A stretch of 64,000 nt of DNA from Lytechinus pictus (Eukaryota): the NCBI RefSeq assembly GCF_037042905.1, contig NC_087250.1, forward strand, positions 9,302,001 to 9,366,000. Reading direction: 5' to 3'. Under the pieces are notes generated by a model, which ran no database searches, was not told where the DNA came from, and was given only the letters and a program-made list of their open reading frames with translations. Made by a program: the position numbers and the translations under genes. Shown piece by piece: positions 41,594 to 53,946 of the stretch (position 1 is its first letter; each line of letters starts with the position of its first letter).

Positions 41594-41819
41594 TAAAAAA
41601 AAAGTGTTCACATGATGGAATCTCTTACTGCGATTCACAATGTTAAATTTGAAAAAAAGTCAAGTGTGATCTTCGCACTGTGAAGATACATTCAATACGT
41701 AATTTGCATTGTGAGCACACTATGTTATTTCCATTTTTTTTAAATATTTATATATCTATTTGTTTATCAATGTATTCACTTTTATCTTCTTTTTTTTTTT
41801 TGGGGGGGGGGGGGGGACG

Positions 41820-42660
41820 TCGACCTAAAGGTGATGCCTAATTTGAAGACCTTAGGTCCATTTTTCATCAAATTTGATTTTTTTTTTCTTTGTCTCAGTG
41901 TATAGATTTTTAATAGCTCTATAAGATGATACCAAAGAAAAGTTGAAATTCCCATTAAAAAGTGATTTAAAATGGCAAAGAAAATCACTTTTTTTTCGAA
42001 AGGGGTTAGGTCCATTCCAGTTTAGTTGCAAAAGGGGTTAGGTCCACACAGAATTTTTTGGAAAAGAATATCTAAAAAAATATGAAGACAGGTAGATTTA
42101 TTTTATACCCAATTTTATGTTCTCATGGTAGGGTATCATGAAAATTTAGTTTCGCATTAGAATATTGCAATATAGGAGAATAAAAAAATGATTTTCTTGG
42201 AATGGACCTAACCCCTTTTGCAAACAAACTCTTCTAAAGAGCTCATTTGTCAAAAGGGGTTAGGTCCATTTTCATAAATTTTATTGTTTTCTGTCTCAAA
42301 ACTTCTAAATTTTTAGTCGCTGTGATGAAAACAAAGAAAATTATAAATTTACATGAAAATGTAAATAAAAGTGGCAAAGAAAAATCACTTTTTTAATCAA
42401 AATAGATTTGATTCATTTCAGTTTACTTGCAAAAGGGGTTAGGTCCAACAATGATAATATTTAAAAGAATACAAAGAAAAAAAATGAAGATAGGTAGATT
42501 TCTTTTATACCCAATTTTATGTTCACATGATAGGGTATTACATCATGACAATTTAGTTTCTCATAAGAATACTGCAGTTAAATAAGTGAGAATAAAAAAC
42601 ATGGGTTTTCTCGGAATAGTCTAATGTGGGCCCAACCCCTTTTGCAACTAAACTCTTCAT
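41820..42660. repeat. Tandem dimer (~410 bp period) of a TIR-like element with AAAAGGGGTTAGGTCCA motifs
   Basis: Motif at ~41999, 42031, 42252 and 42432; inverted at ~42203 and 42633. 42030-42235 aligns with 42430-42658. Confidence 0.75.
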
Positions 42661-42875
42661 TTATGGGCAACGTAATTATTAAAAAAAATAAAGTAGGTAA
42701 CAAATTTGCAAGCCCCTGCCATCGTCGACTCACACCCACCCACACTCTCCCGTGAACATATAGGTCTACACAATGTTCATTTAACAGACTTTATCTTTGA
42801 TTTATTATAATCTTCTGATGAATAATATACACCTATTTTCTTTTAATATAGATCCGCAACACAAAGGAGTATATC

Positions 42876-45800
42876 ATGACATCGCCACAAGTGCGCATCG
42901 TACGCGTGACGTCATCACCGAGGGAGGTAATTCAAAATTCATGTTACATTAATTCAACCAATCACGGAACAGGGATCATCTTCTGGGGATATTAATCAAT
43001 CCTGAACAGTATAATTTGTATCTTTCGTTTGTGTCGTATTCTGTTTTTTTTTCGTGGAGTCCCAATCCACTGGGAAAATGTCGAATTTTGATTTGATTTG
43101 ATTTGATTTATTTATTTCCACATTCCAATAACAAAAAGTATATACAAGTGTAATCCTTTTTTCTTAGCATAACATAACAATAAGCAAATGACATAATTAA
43201 TAACATATGCATATATACAATCTCACAATCTAATTGGAATATATTTATACCTGATAAATTTCTTTTTTTTTATCATTAAAACAAATAGCAGAAAAAAATT
43301 ATAGATATACGTATATCGACATAATACATTTTGAAATATGGGAGACCTTCATCTTAAGCTTAGAGCTTGAAAATTATAAAGGCCTCAAAAGGAAAGGGGA
43401 AGGAAAATCAGACAAACAGTGCAATAAAAGAGACTTATCTTTTATTGCACAAAATAATAGGAATATTACCAAAAAAGTAGATAGGGAAAGAAAAATTAAA
43501 ATGAGGAAGTTATAATCATGTTTTCAATAATGCTGTTGATCCATGACCATGCATTTATCTTCCCTCCAATATAATGTATGCGTTTGTTCTTCTTACTCTT
43601 CCTATACATCATCTGTACGTATTTTTTTTTCGTTCGGTAGGCGAGTGATAGAGGCTTAACATCATAACAATCACATGGCCTTGTCCAAAGGCTAATTTTG
43701 GGCGTTAGTATGTTACGCGATAACCACCAATATGACGTACTACTACTAGTACTACTACTACTCACTAGCGTACCTACGGGGGGGGGGGGGGGGGGCAGAG
43801 TCACAACCCATGCAAGGGACATATCCCTGCCCCCCCCCCCCCTGACGATTCTTGAAGACCTTCTTTTTTTTTTGGGGGGGGGGCTTGTCAATTTTTTTTC
43901 TGGTACGAAATCCTTTATTTGTGGTTGAAGACCCTTTTTTTTTTTTGCTTGTCAATTTTTTTGGCGGACGAATTTGCCCCCCCCCTGTGGAAAACCCTAG
44001 GTACGCCACTGCTACTACTACTACTACTACCACCACTACCGCTTCTGCTACCTACTACCACCACTACCGCTTCTGCTACTGCTGCTGCTGCTTCTACTAA
44101 TAATACTACTATTACATCTGATACTCTGCACTCTAAAAACATATTGGGTGAAAGTGCTCCAAGAGGGTAATTGTGTGTCCAACCAACATTCGGCATTTAT
44201 ATTTATCAAGTGTGATGAAAATGTTGCTCATTCTAAAGTAATTGCTGCTTATTTTTTAACCTTACTGGACGATATGCTTCCCGCATTGGCCAAAATACTG
44301 CTCCAAATTGGTAGGACACATAATTACCCCCGTGGTGGTACAAATTTTACCCAATATTTTTTTACAGTGTAGTATTGCCTTAATTTTCCCTTGCATATTA
44401 CATAAAGGACAATTATCACAATCAATACTACAATTTCCGACATATTTTTTTGTCAGAAATCATTTCAAACATTTTTTTTTTATTCAGAACTCATGCTGTC
44501 CCGGACGGTATCCACAATACAACGCGAGTTTGGGTTTCTCTTCCGGGGTGGTGCAGGTCATTTGTGGAGTGTGTACACTTCTGCTTGGGGGCATCTTTTT
44601 CGCATTGGTCTTGCACGTCATCGACACAGGTGCAGGAGTTTGGTGTGGGGCGTTCGTAAGTACTTCCTTTCAAGCTAATTGGAAATCCCTGCAACACCCT
44701 TTCCTCCCCCAATGTTCATATTTGTGTTTTCAGTGTAAATTAGTTACTTGTGCAATACGACGCCACAATGGGTTACTGTGGTTAAAAAAACACCACATAG
44801 GAAACTGCTGGCTGCACAGTGCACAACATTTTGCAAACGATGACCTCACCAAATATCCTGAATATCATCGCATTTTATTATGCAGGATCCCTCTTGTCCT
44901 TCTTGTGGGGCGAACCCTGGCTGTAAGATAATCGTCCGAATCCATCCGCAGCCTTTACGGCCATTTTAACCTCTACGATAATTCATATGTGTGAACCCCC
45001 CCCCCCCTTAAAAGAATAAAAATAATAAAGCTGTAGGCCCATTCGAATGGACTTTGTTGTGCTATTAGACTGCGGTGTAAATACAGTGAATAGGTGTTGT
45101 GTGCTGGAAATGCAGGGCAAAGAATTCCTTTACGAAGAAGATCGCAAGGCCACTGTACGAAATTGTATGATCTCTGTACGATTTCATACGATATATGTCA
45201 AGAGACCAAGAAAATTACAAGGTGACTGCACGATTCCCGTATGATTTCCCCACAAGCTCGTTGCGGCCTGTCCCTAAGGCCCTCGGTTAGGTAGAGACCA
45301 TGGCACGATGCTCGTTGCGAATACGTACACCGTCGATAGAAGTCAACATGTGTTTCAGGAACTTGAAATATGTGTAAACCAATCGCAACATGCTTCTATC
45401 CTTTTAACATCTGTTAAAGGGGAAAATGGGGGAAAACTATTAGGACAGCTTTTAGAAAATAATTTTTGATATTTTTTTTAACTAGATATTCATTCCAACT
45501 GGAGTTATCGGCATCTTCACCAAAGGGAAACGAACGGGATTGGTATGTATTACAAAGTTTAAACCTAAAATTGTAGAGAACGAACAAAAAAATGTGACGA
45601 ATAATTCTGATATTAAAGAGAAACAGAAATTGATCTACACTGAACAGATACACACAAAAGCAAACAAACATAAAAAGACATACTCTTCGAAAAAAAAACA
45701 TTTTGTGGGTAGATTCGTTTTTCCTACGCAATAGTCTATTATTATCACCCTCTTATAAAACTAATCATTAGTCATAAAGAAAAAAGAATAATACCAATTT

Positions 45801-48800
45801 AACATCAAAATACTTTTTCCTTACAATTTCTAGTAAAGATGATTTAAACAGTTTTGTTTATTTATTCGTCTATCCATAAATTTTTATATTCATTCATTTA
45901 CCTTTTTGTTTATTCATGTTTCACCAAGAAAGCTTTAAAGGTTGATCTTTCATGAGGCCCTGGATAATGAACAATACAATAATACAAAATTAAGAACAGT
46001 GAATGGGGGATAGCCTAATACAAAAATTAACCAGACTATTAAATTTCGATAAAATTATGTATAAAATGAACTTTATCAACACCTGTTATTAATATTATTA
46101 TCTAAGTCACCATACTAATAGTATACAAATAATGAATGTTTATGAGTGCAATGGACATAATACTTCATGGGGTGACAGAATACATGAGTTGAATGGATCA
46201 TTATTTCATCTTTCACCGAATGATTAATTCTGTCCATTGCACGAATGAAAAAACATTCATTATTTGGTTTATGACACCTAAAAAATTTTTTTTTTTTGTT
46301 TTCATATGAAATTTATGAATTTCAATGCAAAACATGCTCATATGCAGTCATTAACATGCGCACTGCTGGTGCCCGCAGCTGCAGTTTCGGCGCTCGCGTG
46401 CAATGGACAAAATCGTATGGATCCAAAATTGCACGATGAATGAATCCAAAATTGCACGGTTGTTGACGTCATTGCCAAATGGGCTGAATGAACAAAATCA
46501 AAGAACCAATCAAATCACAAGGATCTATCTAGGTGTCATATAATTTTGTTTAATTTTTCTTTTTGGTTCAGATCATCGCTTACCTTGTTATGTGCATCAT
46601 CTCCTGCTTTGCAAGTCTAGTAATGGCTGCCTTTATATTCTACTGGACCTGGTATTGGGGTGTGGAATGTTCGAGACCTTTAGCATCCTGTTCAAACGTC
46701 ACAGTAAGAACTCGTTGCCAATTTAAGGAGTACCCCGCGCTGAAATGAAAAATATGTAATTTGAACAGAAAGAGTAAAATCAGACAAACAAAGCACTGAG
46801 TATTCCATCAAAATTGGACAAAAGATAACAAAGTTATATGTCACATTCATTATTTTGTTTTAACATTTTTTTTAATTAGTTTTTTGGACGTGATATTGGG
46901 GATTAGAATGTGCGAGACTTTCAACCTCCTGCTCCAACGTCACAGTAAGAACTCGTTGCCGATTTAAGGAGTACGCCGGGCTGAAAACTATGATATGAAC
47001 ACAAAGAGTAAAATCAGACAAACAAAACACTGGAAATTCCATCAAAACTGGACATAAGATAACAAAGTTATGATTGTCACATTCACTATTTTGTTTAAAC
47101 AGTTGGTTTTTTTTTATTAGTTTTGTTACTTTTTTTCTCTCTGCATGCCCTGATGAATGTGCAGTGAGTAAGCGCGTGGTGTCTCATTCCCATTTTTTAA
47201 ATGAAATTTTAATTTTGTCCTCCCAAAATTCATATAAATTATATAATTGATCACTGTATGAGATAATGCTGAAAGGTATTTTTTATAACTTACAGCATAT
47301 ACATTAGAAGGGAGACTTTTTTCATACATAATTTTGATTTCATGTAATAGAAATAACAAATTACATAACGCAAGAATGTGTATGATAAGGACCATTTGGA
47401 TGACCACGATGCGAGGACATCCTAGGTTCGTTGTGTGTCCTCAATTCGAATGCAGAATTCGTGTGTATAAATCATCGGTTGCTAGCGTGGCAAAGCGCCC
47501 TCACACGCCCAATTATCCCCCTTATTTATACTATCCATTGTTTGTAATATTGTGTTTTCAGATCTACCAAGCTATTCAAGCTCTCATTGGGATTCTGATG
47601 ATCATTGATTTTGTGGGGGCTGTTATGGGGGCACATGTATGTTGCCAGGTAGTCCCGTCAAGTAAGCCAGCGACACGCAGGAACAACGCGGTAAGCTACA
47701 ACTGTGTTTTTTTTTTCTTGGTATATTCTGACGTATAGGCATAGACATAAACTTAAAGGACAAGTTCAACCCAACAAAAAGTTGATTTGAATAAAAGAGA
47801 AAATCCAACAAGTATAACACTGAAAATTTCATCAAAATCGGATGTAAAATAAGAAAGTTATGACATTTTAAAATTTCGCTTAATTTCACAAAACAGTTAT
47901 ATGCACATCCTGGCTGGTATGCAAATGGGGAGAAAATGACATCATCCACTCACTATTTATTTTGTATTTTTATTATATAAAATATTCTCCACGTTGTCAA
48001 GTGATACAACGATTGATTCATCCCTGAGCATGTGTAATTAGCATTGTTTAATACTATATGGTTCAGTCAAGTTGGTCCTTATTGTCAAATTTATAGAAAA
48101 AAATGAAATATTGTATAATTCTAACTATAAAAAAAACAAAAGAAATAGTGAGTGATGGACATCATCGACTGACTCACCTAGTTGTGCATATCACTGTTTT
48201 GTGAAAAATAAGCGAAACTTTAATATGTCATAATTATCATATTTTAAATCCGATTTCGATGAAATTTTCAGCATTATGCTAATTTGATTTTCCTTTATTA
48301 TTCAAGTCAGCATTTTTCTGGGGTGGACTTGACCTTTAAAATGTTTTAGGCAAGACGAGCTAGTCACCATGATATTGTTTGAAATATTTATCATGATTAT
48401 TCTAGTTTAAAGAAAAGGAGTATTGTCATGCTTAACCTTTCCCCATCGGCATAAATTTAGGGATTTCTTAATATACACAGATACAACTTTTTAATGGAAG
48501 CGACGACGACGATGATAATCATCAAATAACAATGACGATCATCATCATAATTATAATGATAATGATGGTGATAAGATAATGGTCGTAATTTTTAATGATA
48601 ATAAGTCTGCTATTAGTACCAGCAAAAAGCGATTAATATGATTATGACGCTAATCATAATCACGACAAAGAATGACTTGTACACTATTAAGACAACATCC
48701 ATTATAACATTAATAAAACTACCCAATGATAACCTATAGAAAGAACCAGAAACAACACGACCATACCATATATATGTTTCGTAATTCGAATGCATATTTC

Positions 48801-50114
48801 CTCAAAATTTGATAACCAGTCCACTTGATTAAGACCTCTGTTACTATAATTATCGTATCCAACTCGTTAGCAGACCTACAATTCTTTTTAAAAAGTTCGT
48901 ACTTTTTGTAGTTATTTCCATACAAAAAGAATAAAACATATACATGATCAAATTTTAACAAATCGTCAGACAAAAACATGGAGGATGGCCCATGTCAGCG
49001 GTATTAGCAGAATACCACTGTTTCTCCAAGGGGTCCTTTGAATAAACTCTTCGAAAAGAATAATTCTTCTTCTTCTTCTTTTATACTGTAAAAAAGTTAA
49101 GATCTAAACTTGAATATAAACACAATTTTTCACTGAGATCACACAGTGGACACATTTCATGTTTCAGTTAACCCTGAACTTCAAATCTTGTCTTCCCTTT
49201 ATTATATATATAAACCCTATCCACCCTCTCTAGTAAAAACCCTATCCACTCTCTCTAGTTTTAAAAAAGAACTCAAATCATATATAATGTCCATCAAATG
49301 TTAAAATGTCAATGGTTCCTGTGTTACAAATATTTTAATGACTCGAATTTTGCATGCCTTCTGTGTTCTAATATGTATGATTTATGTAATGTCTTTACTT
49401 TGTATGTTTTTATCACTAGTATACACATGTTTTGTTTTTATGCTTTTTACGGCCCCTTTTGTTACCAGCTTTTGCTGAAAGGGCACCCTATTGAAATATT
49501 GTTTAATAAATAATAAATAAATAAATATTCCACATTCATGCTGCAACTCGATTTTCACAAGTTGTGTATCACTTCGAAGCTTAGCATGTGCTTTTCAAGC
49601 TCAAAAATCTCAATATTGATTTGGATCGACATACTTTTTTTTGGAGGGCGGGGGGGGGGCAGGTCACAGTTCGTATTCTACTAATTACGTATTGTCATCA
49701 TTATTGTTGATATCATTTTATATACGCAGGTGCATTATGAACGGCGGCAACAGCCAACAAGCAAGAAAGGTAGGTTTATAGTCTACGGATATGCTATGCT
49801 TGTTTGCAGTTAAAATTAAATAATTCATGTTGTGTTTGAGGGACAGAGTGCTTATTATTATTTTTATTATTATTATCATCATGGTATTGATATTATAAAA
49901 AAAAAAAAAAAACAATATAAAGATATTATTTCGAATTTTTCATTATTTGATATTTTTTTTTTTTAATGTTGGAAGTGAATCCAAGAGAGGAATAACAAGG
50001 TAAGGACTAGTTGATATTTTGTTTTACCTGTTAAGTTATCGTTTCAAAATGGAAGAGAATGTGAAATATAGCAAACACGTGTATCTCCCTCCAGAAATGG
50101 AGGCAAATGAATGA
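42876..50114 (+). CDS. Gene C: spliced MS4A/CD20-family four-transmembrane protein, ~198 aa
   Basis: Exons: 42876-42926 MTSPQVRIVRVTSSPRE; 44488-44655 NSCC...GVVQVICG...TGAGVWCGAF (CD20-type G..Q...G and G.W.G motifs); 45486-45542 IFIPTGVIGIFTKGKRTGL; 46572-46703 IIAYLVMCIISCFAS...ECSRPLASCSNVT; 47562-47690 IYQAIQAL...VCC...NNA. Probable tail exons 49730-49769 and 50095-50114 (VHYERRQQPTSKK-EMEANE*). Candidate 5'UTR donor at 40730. Confidence 0.88.
43763..44011 (-). mobile_element. hAT-like MITE, inverted copy of 4700-5045, inserted in a (CTA)n tract
   Basis: CACTAGCGTAC ... GTACGCCACTG with CTACTACT on both sides. Confidence 0.85.
44129..44369. mobile_element. CACTA-like MITE
   Basis: cactctaaaaacatattgggtgaaa / tttacccaatatttttttacagtg, plus inner inverted repeat gggtaattgtgtgtcc / ggacacataattaccc. 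Confidence 0.78.
47757..48335. mobile_element. Kolobok-like MITE family 1, second copy
   Basis: TTAA flanks at 47753-47756 and 48336-48339. Colinear with 5838-6436. Confidence 0.86.
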
Positions 50115-51449
50115 TGTACCGTAAGTGCATATATTACGTTGAAATTAAATGACATGAAATGAATAGAAAAGGCTAGTAATGGTTGTTTTACAAAAAGATG
50201 TAATTATATTTATTATCATAATTATTATTATTATTATTATCATTATTATTATCATCATTATTATCATCTTTATTCAACAGGTCCATCGTCTAACAGACAA
50301 TACTGAATAGAGGGGCGTCACACGCACGACAACAATGTCAGCAAGATGAATTGGTTCATAGAATAAATAAATCATTTTCAAGCTCAATTGAAAAAAAAAG
50401 AGTAGTTATATTTTACACTTCGCACAGTGAATAAATTCTGATCAGAAAAAATATATATAGCATTAAAACTAAGAATCTGAAGATTTACGCCCTGCAAGGA
50501 AATCCCTGTTAGAATTACGCTTTCACACAAAGACAAATTTGGGAATTTGGGAATGCACAGGGTTGAATTAAAAAGGGCGGAAGAGGAAATATGGGGATGA
50601 AAACAGAGATTATTAGTGAATATTATTTGATTTGATTTCATGGTTAAAAAAAGGTCAAGGTGGGTGTTCCATAAAGCTGTTCGTGGGTCCAGAGCGACTA
50701 TAAGCATTGTTTAGAACGACTGTTGAACCTTTCTTACGAGCTAAGCAATGGACGTATCATTTACCACAAGAAAGGATCACAAAACGTCCTTAAAGTCACT
50801 TTAAACTTAGAACAGCTTGTATGATTCAAAGTATACCCTAACAAATCAAGGAGGTTTAAGAGCCGTACTGACAACGAAATGCAAATTCATGTAGCATTCA
50901 ATTTCTAAATTACAAAAGAAGACACGGGTGCACTGTAGCCTTTGGTGGCGACCTGATATGCCGCCAAGTGTCGGGGAAAACAGAAAAAAAAAAGTGATTT
51001 GTGTTGAAAATAGATTATTGCGAATGTTTCCCATTTTATTTGATCACAAAGTGTGAATATTAAACTCATGACGAAATAAATTATCGTAAGCCTAGGTTAT
51101 TGTGAAATTAGACGAAATAGTGTCAAAAAGTGAAAAAACCCTCAGAATTTGACTTTTTTTTTTTTATCAACATTAATTTTAAAAATCACATGCGGCCGGT
51201 CAAATAACTTCATATTTCAATCAATATTAATTTTGCTTTTCCCTGTAGAAGTTAGCAATGTGTCTGCTCATAGTACCCGACCAGAGACAGCAAAACGTAA
51301 TTATTATTGTTAAGCATATTTCCTTTTATATCTGGCCTGTAAGTTTGTATTTAAGTAGGTATCTTTAGTGTACAATCTGCACGCAAGTCAATTGAAGAAC
51401 ATGTTTTATCATCGGCATCAAAATTGCTTTAAAGGGAATGTGTTGAATG

Positions 51450-51705
51450 GGGGTGTCTTGGTCTAGTGCTTAAGACTCTCGTCTTTCAATCTAAAACACG
51501 TGGGTTCGATTTCAACCATGGTGTGTTTTCCTTTAGCAAGAAATGTACCTACATCGTGCTGCGCTCAACCCAGGTGAGGTAAATGGGTACCGGCAGGAAG
51601 TAATTCCTCAAAAAGCTGTGCGCACCGGAAGCCGGGGTAATACAGGAGCGCCTTGAGCATCTAGCAAGGTGGATACGTGCGCTATACAAATATTTCATTA
51701 TTATT
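51450..51705 (+). mobile_element. tRNA-derived SINE
   Basis: A box tggtctagtg, B box ggttcgattt, caacccaggtgaggtaaatgggtacc core, tail gcgctatacaaat...tattatt. Confidence 0.78.
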
Positions 51706-52708
51706 TCTTCATCACTTAAGACTCCTTGAACAAAATAATGTACCAAATGATAATTTATTTAAACAGTGAATTCGATAGATTTTTTTCTCAAACCTTCTCC
51801 AATATGTTTTTTTTTTCTTTTTTTTTTCTTTTATTTAATACAATAAACTTTTGTCAGGGTGAACTTCCCATTTAAAAGTCTAAATCCAGTGTTCAGCTGG
51901 CCATTATTCACAGTCTATTTTGACTAATTTTTTAAATCCGTAATTATAGAGTGTAATGATTATTTTTTTTAAATCAAGTACTGAAAACAAAGATATACAA
52001 TTGGTTTTGAAATTAAAATTGCGAGAATATGCTGCATGATTTTGTACCATACATGGTTAATACATGTATAATAACAATAATAATAATAATAAAAATATTA
52101 ATAATACATAGAATCGATACAGCGTCGTTTCCATTTTGATTAAATGCTCAAGGCGCTTACGTTAGAACTCGCATATCTAGCATTTGTTTATGCTTTGACA
52201 AACAAACGCAATTGTTCGCAACGGGGACAGAAGATCGTCAGTATTGTCATATTCGTAATATCGTCACAGAAAAATACATTGCATGGGTATTTCCAGGGCT
52301 TTTTGGACAATTTTTTGAGTGGTGGTGCAAAGGCAATTTGACAAGCAAAAAGTTTTCAATCCTAAATGAAGGGGGATTCGGTCCAGAGAAATTTGCCAAG
52401 CAAAAACAAAAAATTAAAATATAAACAAAACAACAAAACAAAACAAAATCAAGGTTTTCAATAAAAAAAGCAGGCGGTTTCCGTCCGGAGAATTTGACAA
52501 GCAATGATTTAAGGGTTTTCCTTAAAAAAATTACTTTCATTACATTTATTATACCTGCCTATGGAAAATTACACACGCAGCACCCATGGAAAATTTTGGG
52601 GTTGCTTCAGCGCCCCCGCTTCCCATGGCCATGAGTATTGCCAATAGACAAGTTGTCTCTTTTGTGACATCACGATCCAATATTTCATCATTTGGCTTAG
52701 TATGACCA

Positions 52709-52867
52709 GGGACCCGTAACACAAAGGTTAGCGAGTAATCCCACAATGAAACGGCCTATCAAGATCGTCGTTGCACGCGCACTTAGCTCAGTAGACTGAT
52801 TAGGAACCAATCAGAATCGCTCTTTCAAATTAACGATTATTTGTAAATATTTGTGTTACGGAGCTCC
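52709..52867. mobile_element. Short MITE
   Basis: gggacccgtaacacaaa / tttgtgttacggagctcc. Confidence 0.65.
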
Positions 52868-53683
52868 GAACGGTACTTTTTATGGGATCTTCCCCTTCAT
52901 GCCCCTTGTACAAACTTAGCAGTAAATATTTGTTTGTTCATGGCAATGGAAATGAACAAAAAAAACCCTCAATAATGCGCATGATGTCCATGATATAGTA
53001 GCACATGCACTTTAATTATTATTTCACATTTACACGGTTAATACCCTTTTATGCAGTTTATCGGATTTCAAAAATTATTATTGTATATGCTTGGCATCTG
53101 TCATAAAATCGCAAGCCAGGTCGCAATCCTATTCATGTCCATTTATTGATTTGAAAAGAAAAGAAGCACGGATTTATAATTTTGACTTAGTTATTGTGTG
53201 TGTTTTTTTTTTGGTCATGTTTAGTTTTGTAGCACTACCTATCTCATTTAATATCCAGAGGTGCACAATGTATTCATTAGCGAAATATGATGATAAAATC
53301 ACGGTAGATGATCGTAGTGTTTGAAAGTGAACTGTTACTTCAGTGTTCTTACCTGAAATGAACATGAAAATAAGAGGGAATTATAACACATTATTAAGAA
53401 TATTTTCTTACTTTCTTACTTACTTTGCATTTTCTTGTCTAGATACTTATTTATGAAAAATGTTGCAATAAATGAAACTAAATAAAATGATATCATAGCC
53501 AGTCAGTGGAAATGTCTTTGTTTAATGAAATTACAGAAATACAATCAATATTACACAGAAATAGATCTTTGTCATGTGTTACAATCTTTCATCGACTTGT
53601 CTTATATAGTAAAGATTAGATGTATACATTTGTGTGTGGGTGCGTGCGTTGAGGGTGCACTTGTGTGTGTAAGAATGATACAG

Positions 53684-53812
<129 letters not shown>

Positions 53813-53946
53813 CTTTGACTTTTCAAATGAAAACTTTATTTACAAATTATAATCACAAAAGTCAGGTATATAATAAAAGAATAGTTTGACATAAACATTC
53901 AAATGAGATCAGGTTGATTACAAGCACAGAGTTATAAAACCAAATG

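Noticed and set aside
44308..44931. 207 aa single-exon gene
   Set aside because: Only 44488-44655 is exonic. The start lies in a MITE and the rest is intron.
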